DNA of 64,000 nucleotides from Lingula anatina (GCA_051362555.1 CM120642.1:20770001-20834000); one strand, 5' to 3'. Positions 30,340 to 44,026 are shown, numbered from the stretch's first letter. Notes: generated from the sequence alone by a model not told the origin. Numbers and translations: made by a program.

Positions 30340-30735
30340 CAGTCACCGTCCCTTGGCCTGCTCATCCCCCAGACCTATCCTCTTTGGAGTATTTTCTTTG
30401 GCAATACCTAAAAGACAGTGTCTATCCTTACAATCCACAAGCTATTGATGCTCTCAAAAATAACATTCGAACGGCGATCATGATCAAGAGAGTTCCCTAT
30501 GACAAATTAACATTATTATTGTAAAATTCAGTGTGCTAGAAGCCACAGTGATTCAGTAACATTATGAACTATTGAGCTGTGCTCGAAATTTAATGGTATA
30601 CATGTACGAGGAAAAAATTACACCACACAAAACTTACATGTCTGTAAGACAGGTCTATTTCAAAAAGTTAAGTTTTCCTTTCAGTAGAAAATACTACTAT
30701 ATCAAATATGGAAACATCTTTTTGGACCAAGCTGT
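30340..30735 (+). mobile_element. Tc1/mariner transposase 3' remnant
   Basis: WPAHPPDLSSLEYFLWQYLKDSVY..P.AIDALK..I resembles the WPARSPDLNP-LW motif. It ends in a TIR-like TTTTTGGACCAAGCTG|TA. Confidence 0.8.
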
Positions 30736-31274
30736 AAAAAATTGTCTAGTTTTCTCCGTTCAGAAATTTTATCTTCGCTGCTCTACCCGAGCCTTTCGAT
30801 GTAAAATAGAAAATATTTGGAGTAAAGGTCGTATTTTGAGCGATACAAAAGTCAAGCAATAGTGCTTGATGATAAGATAATAAAGCTTTTACATTGTTCT
30901 AAAGTGCACATATTCAACAACTGACAAATGGTGAAGTGGTCGTTTATTGACCGATCGTATCGTGAACTAAAATTACCCCGATAAATAAAGACAGTTACAC
31001 AAATAAAAGAGTAACAATAATGAAGGTAAACAAATAATAATACAAAGAACTTAAAATTACATGTACATAACCAAGGTAAATACACAAAGAAATTCCTTGA
31101 ATGAACAAAGAGGTACAGAGGATAATTATAAAAATTAATGAAATGAAGAATGATTGTCACACAAACTTTCATTTTCCAAGCAGTCTTACAGGTGACTCTA
31201 TATTGAAGTGTTGTTGGCTTACAATAATACCGACAGTTATTGGGTCGCCTCGCCCATAACTGGCTTATGATCAG

Positions 31275-31420
31275 GGCCCCGTAACTCGAAAGCATCGCGC
31301 ATTGCGACCGAGCGCAAGCGCCTCGATTCCATGTCTCGCCCATACTCGCCCCATATTAAACATTGTAGCCTCTATGTGATACCGCTATTCGCAATGCGCG
31401 ATGCTGTCGAGTAAGGGGCC
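31275..31420. mobile_element. Harbinger-like MITE with CAG TSD
   Basis: ~33-bp TIR GGCCCCGTAACTCGAAAGCATCGCGCATTGCGA with its near-perfect reverse complement, CAG on both flanks. Confidence 0.8.
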
Positions 31421-31619
31421 CAGGACTCCGGGAGGAAGGGGGCAAATAGGGGGGGGGGGGGGGAGAAATTGGGGCCACAGCCTTTCCGATGATTATATTA
31501 CTCTATTGTGCTTACATAATATAAATAAAGGATAAAATAAAGAATAATATATCTAAAAATATAAATAAAGGATAAAATAAAGAATAATATATCTGTCAAA
31601 GCGAAAAGTTTTAAAAAAT

Positions 31620-31990
31620 GTGATGAGTGCTTATTCATTGTGCTGCTAACTGATAACACTGTGATATTGCCTTAAGTGATTTATGATCTTGAAGGTTGAG
31701 TAGGATAAATAGTTTCTGATCACTGGCACCTAATTCATAATTTTGTCTCTCAGTATTTGGGAGGGAATTGAGCATGCTTTGTCGCTGTGTTTGGTACTTG
31801 CTGCAAGTGAGGAAGAAATGTTTCTCGTCCTCTATTTCTGTTTTACAATGTGTGCAGGTTCTTTCTCTTCGTTAAATGTTTGTTTCAATATTCTTGTATT
31901 TGGGAGATTTTTAAATCTGATGTAGTATTTTTGCATGGATATAATCATATCTGTAAGAATTGGGTATCTACCCAATTCTGCTCTGCAGGC
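31620..31990 (-). mobile_element. LINE ORF2 C-terminal zinc-knuckle remnant
   Basis: The minus strand reads ERTCTHCKTEIEDEKHFFLTCSKYQTQR (RxCxxC..EDExHF..C..Y), typical of non-LTR ORF2 ends. Confidence 0.7.
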
Positions 31991-32683
31991 ATTGATAGAA
32001 ATGAAGAGAGCGGCGCGGGTAACAACTGAACTGTAGTTAAATAAATAATAAGAAAGATAATCTCCGAGTTGTATTTGCTACCTCGCGTAACATCAGCAAA
32101 AGATAAAGACAACAACTTTGTCACACCGGGGAATTGTACCGGATATAATGCCCTGGTCACACATGCAATACTGTATCAATGAGGACCCTCTTATCTACTG
32201 TACTTGGTCAAACATAATACGCCAAAACTTAACTTAAGATCACTTGATTAAGTATATAGGACACCATGTCAAGCCAGACATACATGTATATGGCGACCTA
32301 GCTCTACAAGTTTATGAGCCTGATAAATGGAACAGCCGTCTAATTTATTTGAAAACCATAGAGACTGAGGACAATTAAAAAGAAGAACTTGAGATATTTA
32401 TTTTTAAAGTTTATAAGTGATTTGACTTTGACTATATACTGTATTTACTACTATATATTTATTATCTTAATATTTTAGCTGGCTATTTTGTATTTCATTT
32501 TATTTATCCTATTGTGTGAATCTACCGCTGTAAAGTGTGCTAAACATTTGAAATGAATTTTTAAAAGACTTTGAATAAATATATTATTATTATTATTTTA
32601 TTATTATTATTATCATTAAAATTCCATTTGGAACTCTACCATACTCGCTCAAACACGTTGTGGCAGCTTTTTCAGGTAAGCAA

Positions 32684-33690
32684 TTAAGGCAACCACGCCA
32701 CCACTCCGTCCACTCCGTTGCATTGGCAAGTGAGGTTTTCTTTCGTTGCGCCTTCTGGTAGTGCTGCGATCGTTGCCATGCAGATCCCGGTCTTGCCAGG
32801 CATTCTGGATTGGGCTTTTGAAGATGGGGCTGTAGGGTTAGTCTTTGTTTCTTTGGGTGAAAGTGTCAGAGATGCCACAGATGATGAAATGGGGCCCTTT
32901 GTGGTTCCAGATTTGGAAGAAACTGATGTTATTTTGTCCCCGGAACTCACAGTTGTCTCGCTTCCCGATGATGTCGTTTGAATGGTTGTAGGCTTTGGAC
33001 ATTTAGATTGGTAGTGTTTATACCAGTCTGAAGTTTCTGGTGTTGCAGTGCTGCTTGCAGTGCCACCTGAAGGAAAAAGACCGGAGCCTTCAAAACGAAC
33101 ATACGGACCCAACAATATCTTCAGTATATCAACTAAAATTTTGCAAGTGGATTCAAGATAGACAATGGATTCCGGCTTCTCACGTGCACCGTGCCATCAG
33201 GGGCAAAGCAATTAAATCTAGGCTTTTATGTGGGTGGCGCCTTGATGGTTCTGAATGCGCCCTATGTAGCTACATTATACTGCACAAAAAGGTTAATACA
33301 AGTACAAGAAAATCTTGTCAATAAGCAATACCAAGGTCTGTTGGTAAAATTACTTTGGACAGAAATTTACTATTAAAATTCTAACCGCAAAAAGAATGTT
33401 ATTTTCCACTTTATTGGAATAAATAAGCAGTGCAAATGTAAAGAGGTGCCTACATTTCGGACTCTACAGTTTGACATCAAATATATACAAAAAAAGCAAG
33501 GAAATAAAATATAGCATATAAATTTTATCATATGCCTTGCGAGGAAAATGTAACATTGGATATTCCTAAGAGTGACTGGCTAATTGTCCCCGCTTCCGCA
33601 CTTGAACAGAGATAGTACATATATTTGAAAAAGAGATATTGATCGTTAATACCAAACTAGTATGAAAAAATCCTGTAGAGATATCTGCTT

Positions 33691-33733
<43 letters not shown>

Positions 33734-34602
33734 TTCACTTACCTGAACAAAGAGCCTTGGAAAAGTTGCTGGTAAAATGAACAAGGTCATCAAATGTGTT
33801 TAAGACGAAAGTATGTTCTTCTGCGGGGGCTGTGGCCATAGCTTGTAGTTCCAGGACATCTACCCCTGCCCCCACGCCTATGATATACAACTCGGCGCCC
33901 TTATTCTTGATGTTATCCGCCTCCCTCACAACCCTGCACAAATAGGATGGCTTCTGCGTGGTAATTAACACTGCAATTTTCCTGGTGTTTGTGCCGTTTG
34001 TCCGTTTCACTAAATTACCCGGATAAAGAACAACTGATTTCAAGAAAAACAGCGCCCAATATGTGCTATCATCTTTCAAATAGGGGAAAAGTGTAATTTT
34101 CGCGATGAAGAAGTCTATTAAATCGCTCGTGAGTCTGTTGTTGAGACTGAAAATTGACCGGGGCGTATTTCTAGGTGAAACAGAAAACACTGCTGTTCGT
34201 ACGTTTTCTGGACCCAACACAAATGAGGTATTTATCATACTCTTGATAAATTGCTGAAGTCTTGCAGCCTCATCTGACCATCCAATCGCGTCTAACATAA
34301 AGCCAACGTCTGCATTGTCTGTTACTGAAACAAATATATTGGATTTTGAACTTTTTAAAAAGTTTTTTCTTAAAAGATAAAATTCATCATAACCCAACAA
34401 AGAAAAATTCGTTTAGTTAGAACAAGAGTGCACTTCTTTATATTTTACAATGGTAATAATTCTATCATTTATTTATGACATTACATTTCCTTTTTAGTTT
34501 TATAAAATCAAAATTAAACATACCACAAATATCTTTTGATCCTTGAGTTAAAACCAAAGAGATGACCAACAAAATCAGATACGCATAAATTGTATTACCC
34601 AT
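32684..34602 (-). CDS. VWA paralog 3: signal peptide + VWA + stalk, TM deleted (~347 aa, predicted secreted)
   Basis: Exons 34602-34524, 34324-33743 and 33066-32684 are in frame (1044 nt). A 43-bp deletion at ~32701 removes most of the TM and shifts frame to end ..CQCNGVDGVVAWLP*. Confidence 0.75.
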
Positions 34603-35519
34603 CCTCTACCGGTGAAGCCGGTGGATTTGTTTCACTTAATGCTTTACAAGTGTGAGAAAGTGAGCACGGACTGATAGTGGGGTGTTTTTAACCGTTTATA
34701 TAGGTTTGGTAGCTTCCTCCATTATCTAACAGAATAGGTCTGCTGACATATGCCATCACCTATCGACTCATTGCGTTGCGTTCGACAGATGAAATTGTTA
34801 ACATTCCTATCACATTAATAAACTAGAGTTCTTTATTGTTTACAATGCCACTCTCTATGAAGAGACTTGACAATAATGAGATATACTATACAATATTGCA
34901 ATTATCGAAATAGATTAGATAATGAAAAAGGAATTCATCAGTTTTGCTAAAATAAATTCCCAGCGTCAGATGTTAATTTTTGGATATCAGAGGCGGATCC
35001 AGGGACTTTTTCTGACAGTCTGCCCAATTTCATCACGGTTAGATACGAGTACAAGCATTCATAATTTATTATTATTATACAGGTAAAAATAAATAGTTAA
35101 AATTCAAAAGGAGGAACTTATTTGAAGAAATGCGTGTAGTTGTCTTTTGAAATATTTTCAAAGGGTATTATGCTGGAGCCTTTAATAACTTTAATATTAC
35201 CTATGTTGATACCGTCACAAATGACGACACCTTATTAGTCCTTGCTAAATATTATAAACTACGTCTTAGTGATCATAAATTCCAAACCGAAACAGGGTGG
35301 CGCACCAGGCGGAAACTGAAAAAATTGTCACTTGTGCACACATGCGCCATTGAAGATTAATATCTAATGTATAAAACAGACCAAGAGCGCTTCTTCAATG
35401 AATTCTTAACCCTAAAACCTGAAACATGGTCACCAGAAAGTAAATTATACAAAATGTCGATGACGTCTTATGGGCTTATTCCTTGAACCATGTTATTCAA
35501 AGCCTCTTAATTGACTGAT

Positions 35520-35930
35520 TGAGCTGTAGTGAAATTCAAACTGATATCTGGCACTTTACAAACGGTCTTTTCCTCTCAGGTCACCTATCCGTGATTTTTG
35601 GGACACCCATACAAGAAAGATGTAATGTTAATGAAATCCCCCTCATCTGTACAATCACCAAATAAAAGCCCATAATAGATTTTAGAAATGTCTTTGTCTC
35701 ACGACTAAAACCGTCTTTGAAGATGACACTGTCAGTGTCAAAGTAAAGGGCATTTTTGCCTAAAAAACTCCAATGCTTCGAAGAGTTTAAATCGTGCATG
35801 GGCCGCATATAGGCAGCGATGACGATATAATTGTTATCGGATGATACTTCTACATGTCGTTCGTCCCGCTCATTATAATTGATCTCCATGAGGTCATCGG
35901 TTAAAAACATGACGTTCGTAACGTTGTTTG
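35520..35930 (-). mobile_element. Maverick/Polinton protein-primed DNA polymerase B remnant
   Basis: NYIVIAAY...LGKNALYFDTDSVIF and downstream GVPK resemble pPolB motifs (NVFIAAF..LYFDTDS..GPKNY). Frameshifted. Confidence 0.65.
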
Positions 35931-36349
35931 TCTAGCAGATAAGCAAAATAGCCCTTAATCCTGTACGTTGTCCTTATAAGCCGGCTTAACTTCTGGCCAA
36001 ATTTACCTGGGGCGTCCATGAAATAGAAATAAAAAAGTGTAATTCAACAGTGTCATCTTATATTTTTCTTATAAAATTTCCCCACAAATGCTGAAATACT
36101 TGACGTTTTAGCTAAAATATGCTAAATCACTAATTCCACTCTCGTATTTCAAGTGACAGAGCTTGGTTAAAGACTTCCCTTGCTTAGTCCTTGTAGGAAA
36201 GCGTGTCGTAGCGCCAGATTTCACGGAATTTTCTTCAGCGCGAATAGAGAATCGAGTCATGAATTAGCCAAAGACTTATCTAGTAAAAAAATCAATCTGT
36301 TACCATGTTTGAGGTTAACTGTTTCCCATGTCCCAGTAAGCATACACTC

Positions 36350-36401
<52 letters not shown>

Positions 36402-39400
36402 TACTCTAATTCTTCCATTAACACCTTTTCATATTTTTAAAAGTAAGAGAGCGGAAGAATTGTTTGTCTAAGTGGATATTAACTATCATGAGTGTATCAA
36501 CTTACAAAAATAATAATAATAATAATAATAATTACTAGCTTATCTGTTCTCACGCAAACAACATAAACGGACTTAATTTTAAACCTTCGTTACTGTCGCT
36601 CGCAGATCCATCTCACATTCTCCAATCGATATAGTTCATTTTTACTAAAGAAGAAATTTTGCAACGTGTCAGAGAGCGAGCCTGGTGTCTTAGTTCTCGG
36701 AAAATGTCTTGAATGTTTTTTTTTCTTTCTTTTTTTTTATTATGCTTAACTCATTAAATAGGTAGCGGCTACTTTCATGGCGTCGCTGGATTCTCAAAAA
36801 TTGAAAAACCTTCGTTACGTTTTTTTTTGTAATATTTTAGTCATTAATAAAATATTCAATATAGTTTTATCCGGTATAAGCAAGAGAATATGCTGACAGG
36901 ACATACATGTAGATTTTAGACGAAACACGGCAAAACTGCATTCCTATAGAAAGTAATTTGCAGAAACTGTGGTTACCAGGCATTGTGAAAAAAATATACT
37001 TGAAATTGAAAGCAAAATGTGTCAGCAAAGTAAATGTGCATCTTACCCCTCTTGCGCGGTCTCAATTTTGTTAGTATTAATGACGTCCAAATATTATCTA
37101 AAAGGGCTGTTATTTTTTAATTCGTTACCAAAATAGGCTAAACTTTCGTTATTCTTCCCCATACTAGCAAGGCATGAATCTGAAAGAATCAACGATTTAT
37201 ATGTTTTAATGTTAGCGGTCACAACATGGAGATAATGTACAAGGTACAAGCAGTGCTTGTTATCATAGACTACAAACATCAATGTAGCGTATTTGTTCAC
37301 ACGTGCTTGTACTACAAAACAGTGGAGTAGCGATTCTTCTCTCACTATTAAAGGTCTGTTATGGGTTAAGAGGAACGACAATTTGTACGTTGTCGATGCA
37401 ATGTTTAATTTGGGAGATCTCTTTTACTGGTATATCGAAATCACACTCCCAAATGTCTTCGTACTCAAATTCCCGAGATTCCAAATACCTCTATTTGTTT
37501 GGTATTTTTTCATTCAAATTATGCATGGGCAGCGGGCGCACCCCTTGGCTAGTTGAGGGATGTGGGCCAATTAAAAAAAATATTGACTCAATTATTCTCA
37601 GGATCCAAAATTTCGTCAATTCCATAGGTAATTGGATTATGTTTTATTATGAGAAATAGGACTGGAGGGTAACACTTGCTTTTAATTAAAAAAAAAATAC
37701 CGTATTTATTAAAAATGAATGTGAGCATTTTAATCTGAAATTATCTTTTTATAAATGAACATAGTATCAGCATGACTTGAATTGCGCTTAAATAAGTCAT
37801 ATGGAATTTAAACTAATGGACGATGATTAACTGTGAATATGTTTTCACTTTAATAATACACATTTGAATCTGATTTTTATGTTGCACATTATTTCTAGGC
37901 AAATTCCATTTATCAGTATGGTGTTTTTTACTCAAGCATTCTTTGATGCAAGACACTTCATTTTTGAGAGCCTTTTAGTTGTTTTTTTTTTTTTTTTTTT
38001 TAGACTTGTTTATATTGTAAGTCAGAGAAGAATTTCATTAGCTGTGTTATGTTATAAGAATGGTGTAATTTTTCTTCAGTCAACAGCTAATATTGACATT
38101 AATATTGAGTTTTTACCTCCAATATTTCGATGTCTAGCAGAACATCTTCATCAGGGAATGAGGGGGGGGGGGGGGGGGGGGGCAAATGTATCTCCTGAAA
38201 GAGGCTATTCACCTGGTAAAAACCTGGCTGTTGACTGAAGAAGAATTAAATCATTCTTGTTTATATTGTCTTTTGGGCTAACTATCTAATTACTAGTAGA
38301 CTGGACGACCAATTTTCTTTCTGGCATGTCCCACACCACCAGGAATGTCACTGCAGGGAGAGAATTTAGACACACACTCTCTGTTTGCTTATAGAGGCAC
38401 TGTTCCACTGTAATTAGGTGTTTGGACCTTAATTTTGGCAAAGAATTCCCAACTTATTGTGCTGATCTTTTTATATAACCCCCTCCCCCCCCCCCCCCCC
38501 CCCCCCCCATGCTATAATTTTTTTTTCATTGGAGATCGGATGTTTATGTGTCATGTTTTTTTAATTTTTTTAATTTTGCCGTCTAAAGATTCATCAGTAT
38601 TTTCTCCATATAACGTATATCTTTTGTTTAACTCTGCCTCCCTTCTGTTACATATCTGCTATACCGAATTTCTCTCCCTTTCTTTCTCCATTTTGCCAAA
38701 CGTGCAGCTGATTTTTTAAGCATTGTCCCCTTCTTGCTGTTATTGACAGGTAATTTACAGGCATATAAATGGATATACATATATGTAATGTACACTAGCA
38801 ATGAACAAAGGATACAGTCAAGATAAAGATTTATCAAACAGTACTCTCAACAAAAATGAAAGGTGCTCTGCAGAAGACGTTTAATGATGAAGTAAGGTTA
38901 ACATTTCAATATTTTTTTTACATAATATCTGATAGTTTGTTGAAATTTAGCCATTATATTTGAAATGGACCATACGCCGCTTGTTATCTTCCCCCAGATT
39001 TCGTGATAAAGGGAGGAGGATATTTTATCCCGTGCACCTGTCCCGTCGTCCGTCGGTGGTTTGACATTTCCACTAAAATCGCAAGCGGCACACTAAGAAA
39101 AACCGTAAGTCTTTCTTTCGTATAATATGCCACGGTGTTCATGTTGATAAAGTACACTGACACGAAAAATACTCTTCGTAGAACAAATAGTTGTTATCTC
39201 ACGAGTGCATTCTTCACAGTCATTCTTCAATGTATGAAACAGGAAGGATCGGGGATATTTATGAGATTGGTGTTTGTTGAAGTACACTAGAGTTTGAGTG
39301 GTTATATATATATTTATATACCCTATATAGTACCGTAAGGACAACAGCTTACCCGTTTTCCGCCTTTCGAGTTGTTTTATTGAAAAAATGTATACAAATA

Positions 39401-39982
39401 CCGTGTCCATATAAAAGTATTATAAAAAGTTTTTGGTTCATAAAGTAAACGAAATACTTGTAATTGCTTACAGATATCACATCTTGTAATGAATATTATA
39501 TGATAAATTACTGGCCTCACTTGAAAACTGACTTAATGCAACATGTCCCATTTCTAATAGAAATATAACATGGATGACAACCTGCAAAAAAATTTCTTAT
39601 AGAAATACAGTATAACATAAATAGCAACCTGCAAAAAATTAACAATTGTGTACAGGTATAACTTAATCTAAAGAGCCACAATTTACCCATACAAAATAAC
39701 ATGTCCCATTCTTATTAGAAATATAACATAAATAACAACCTGCAAAAAATTAACAATTGTGCACTGGTATAACGTAATCTAAAGGGCCACAATTTACCCG
39801 TACTAAATAACTGTTAAATGCGTAATTAAAACATACTTTCAATTTCCTACCCAAGCTCATGCTTTTCGGGAAGAGAATCCCTGTCATATATATTTAGTTG
39901 AGATCATATAAATATATATATTCCGAAATATATCATACAAAATAAGTGCATTGAATTATAAAATAATTGCATAATTTGAAAA

Positions 39983-42647
39983 TCAAGCCTCCTCAAATAC
40001 GGAAATTAAAACGTTTTCAAAGTCTCCATTTTGAACAACTGATAAAATCTTCTCCAGCCACGTGTCTATTGCTGCCTGGCCGTGGTAAAATGGCACTCCC
40101 ACCGTGTGACGTATGTACCAGTACGCTCTCTGTGAACCTAAAGGGAAATAAACCTCATACTTAGTGTGCTCAAATCAGTCAGATCAGATATCTTAGTAAT
40201 AGGTAAAGCGGCCGAAGACTCGATTCTACAAATGTTTATTTAAGCAATTCGTTAAAACGACTTTATTCAAAGACAACATCTCAAGAGTAAGCGCTCAATG
40301 CACGCAGATTTTAAAATTTGCAAAAGAGCTCACCTTTTCCTAGGCATTCAGCAGTCCCTAGATGACCGTTACACGCATCAGACATCAGTGATTTCATAGC
40401 GCCACATATCTCACTGCGGATGTCTTCTTCTTTGTGACCATTTTTAGGAATTTTCTCAGCAAACCTAGCTGCAGATTCCTCTGGGTGGAACAGGAAATCA
40501 TACCATTTGTTTTCTTTGAGAAACGTGGCAAGGAATTCCTTATGGCGTTTTCCCATTTTGTATATTGAACCCAGCACCTACAAAAGAATAACATTGACCT
40601 TCAATCAAAAACAGTCATTTGTTTTGACATTCTGGATGTGTCTTTATTGTTATCAGCTAAATATATTCCCATTTTTGTTATTTGAAAAGCTGTTTGAAAT
40701 AAAACACGCTTAAATAGGATAATTATTCTATGGTAAATTCCTCAAGCAATGTTCAATATAACTTGCTATTGGCGTATTTCTAGTTTATATGGGAATTAAA
40801 CTGCGCAAAAATAAAACGAAAATTATATTATATTTATATTGATCTTTTATGACAATGTCAATGCTTACCACATTACGCAGATATCTCAGGTCCAAGGCCT
40901 GACACAGTAGACACATATGATTGGCTAACATCATCTGTAAAATCTCTAGCGCTTCTCGAGTAAGACGAGAACTGACGAGAGCCATGGAGTTGACAGATTG
41001 GTTCTGGCATTCAGCAGAGAGCACGTGGTTGGACATTGGATTGGCCAGGTGGTCTAACTCGGACATGTACGATGCCATGGCAATATCAGCTCCTTTGAAA
41101 CCAAAATCGAGATTGATGTCTGACCCGCAGAGATTTGGCGGGAGGTCGTGGTTAATACGATGGTTGACAACTTCTTGGAATTGTGCCAATAGAAGCTTCC
41201 CACAGACCTGCAACGCTTGACGAGTTTGATCTAATGTTATTGAAAGCGTTTCACCTTGGAAATTGCCTCCATGAGCAATGGTGTCGGTGCGGTGGTCGAT
41301 GACCGGGTTGTCATTGGCACAATTCAGTTCCACGTTTATTCGCCGACACGCCTCTTTGAGAGTCTCGATCACCGGGCCTAGCCATTGTGGGGCCGTCCTT
41401 ATGCTGTAACGGTCTTGCTTCAAAGACCCGTACGTATCAGGTAGATGCATCTCTAACGTCGAAACGGCGAGTTGACTTCCGTCCAATATTTTCAACATGT
41501 TGTTGGAAACTTCTTTCAAACCGACGTGCTGAAGGCAAGTATAGTGGACAGGATGGAAACTTTCTAATTTACCTTGTAGCGCTTCTACGGCCAGCCCTGT
41601 GCAAATCTGTGTTAGCAGGACAGCAATATTGGCTTCATAAATGGTTTGAGCGGCAGTCCCAGCAGCGAAAGAGGTGGCATTGATAATGGCGAGTCCTTCT
41701 TTTGGTCCCATCACCAATGGTTCTAGATTGGCTTCTTTAAGGGCAACAGGACATGGCATGATTTGACCTCTGACCATTACGTTGATATCTTCTCTTCCGA
41801 TCATGGCTGCTGCTATATAACCCAAAGGCATCAAGTCACCACTGGCGCTGACAGAACCACGCAGAGGAACGATAGGAACGATATCGTTGTTAATCATGGC
41901 TACCAGTAACTGTACCACGTCTGGCCGTACTCCTGAGTAAGCCTTAGCGAGACAATTGGCCCTTGTAACCATCACAGCGCGCACCATGTCTGGAGGAAAT
42001 GTTCGACCCATCCCGGCATTTATAAGTCTTATAAGCGCTTGCTGAAGTTTTTCAAATTCCCATGTCCGAGTGTCGGCGCTGTTACCGAACCCTGTGCTGA
42101 CGCCATATATAACCAGCCTCTCTTCGGTGATCTTCCTTCGGAGGTATTCGGCATTTAGAGCCATTTCAATGAGGGAATGGTCAGAAGTAGACAGCCTGAT
42201 GTGCGTATTTTTGCTGCACTCGTGTACCTGGAAATTTAGATTTCATAAAGCCCTTAGAAAAATATGCTTCAAAGAACTTGTTCAGTTGAAGCTAAATGTA
42301 TATTATAAAGGGAGCATAGATTGCACTAGTGTCCCACTAAAAGATCGAAACCATTGATACCGAATAGTCATAATATAGTCTTCAAATTGAAGAAAGCGCA
42401 TAACAATTTTTTGGCTCAGAAGTTCAAGAAATGTGGAGAGGTTTGTAAAATTATTTTAAGATGTAGAGAAACGTCCCAATCCATTACGTCTGTAAATATG
42501 AAGCTGATATCTGCAAAGAAAACTAATACGTACGTGTGCAATATTCAGTGAGTTCCCATCAACCTTGAAGGTTTCTTCATCTCTGATCAGCTTTCGTTCC
42601 TGCATTAACTGTAATGTGAGACTGAGATGAGTTTTGTCCTCAGCCAT
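39983..42647 (-). CDS. MIO-dependent aromatic amino-acid ammonia-lyase, copy A (PAL-type; ~623 aa), 4 coding exons
   Basis: Exons 42647-42534, 42227-40869, 40577-40334 and 40137-39983 (phases 0,0,1; GT-AG). Motifs YGVSTGFG, LIRLINAG, GSVSASGDL (MIO ASG 41838-41846), KEGLAIIN, KQDRYSIRTAPQWLGP, NDNP, HGGNFQG, GFKGADIAMASY, SAECQNQSVNS. Confidence 0.92.
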
Positions 42648-42959
42648 TTGATGATTTCTTCCGAATGAAGTGTGTCTCTTTTTTATTCTGAATTGCGCGT
42701 TTCTCTCTTAATTCTGAAATTAGAAAATGAAATAAAAGTGAAACACGCCATGCAATTATAAAATTACAAAGCTGCAAATAGAAAATATTTTTTGATTTTT
42801 TGGTAGCTCCCGATAACTTTGCCGCGTCTAACACTTAGCATATATACAACGTCGCCTCTATTCGGTATATCTGCACTAACCTACTTCCACTCCACTTACA
42901 ACATACGTAACGTGTCTTGTTACTTCGTGCTTCACTTTTTTGTTACTATTAGCAATCGG

Positions 42960-43070
42960 AGCCTTTATATAGGGTTCGTGCAGCATGGCAAGGTCACCTT
43001 CCACTTGTCAACAGTCGTTTTTTTTTCCGCAATCCAATCTAGAGAAATACGTCACCATGCGCCTATTTTT
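42960..43070 (-). promoter_or_regulatory. TATA-box promoter of lyase A, conserved with lyase B promoter (52250-52362)
   Basis: TATATAAA on the minus strand at 42964-42971 and 52253-52260. Shared upstream blocks TTCGTGCAGC, GGTCACC.TCCACTTGTCAACAGTC and ACGTCACC.TGCGCCTATTTT. Non-coding exon donors at ~42880 and ~52176. Confidence 0.6.
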
Positions 43071-43922
43071 TAAAAGTATTTATGTTTGTCTCAAATGTCA
43101 ATAGGCGTTGTTTGTGTGACGTCTTAAGCTAACATTAATTTAAATCAAGTCCACAACTTTAACTTAATTTATCCATTGAAATATTACTTTTGTATCGGGA
43201 TCAACTGTTGCATAACATTTTGCATAATCTATAGCTTTTGAAGAATAATATTTATAAATTGATTTAGATTCTTAGACAGCATTAATACGAATTTCTAATA
43301 AAATCTGATAAATGTATACCTTAAAGCTAACTTGACAATGTCATCCTTGGACATGAAATTAAACCGTAATACGAGATTTGTACCTTTTCGTTTCGAACTT
43401 GAACTTTGCTTGCTGTACCCGTTTATTACGACATGTTATTTTTCGTGGTTAAATCTGAGTACTTATCCCCAGTTATACTACCTTATTTAATTCTCGAACG
43501 GACCCGACAATGATTTTTCTTTATACACTGCTTGTCCTTGACTTCTACGCCGGACTGAGAATAAACAGCGACAAAACCAGGATCCAAACGCTTATATTTA
43601 CCACGCCGATGTTTATCAACAAGACATATGGGGGTTCAAATAGGTTCATGGCTCATTTGAACTCTCAGGGATAGTCTTTGAAGTCAAGAACTTCTAAAAA
43701 TGTGTCACCTTCACTCGCCAGGACGTGCACTTATCATCACGTAGCAGTACCGGTATGTGCTGGTTACCAGTACACTATAACCACGGAAGTATAAACTTCC
43801 ATGCACAGTCCCCATATCAAAAACACCCCACAGTAAGGGTCTGCTGGCCATATAACGGCAGATAACTGAAGCAATTTCACAGGAACGGATGTGGTGTTCA
43901 TATATATTTACCAGTTCAGTAA

Positions 43923-43990
43923 CAGGAGCGGATTAAGGATTACTTGAAGTGGGAGAGTGGGGTTTGTCCACGGATGCGAAGCCAACGCCG

Positions 43991-44026
<36 letters not shown>

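Noticed and set aside
40921-41683. Antisense ORFs overlapping the lyase exons (also 51242, 58261, 58815) and VWA exons
   Set aside because: Shadow ORFs of real coding exons.
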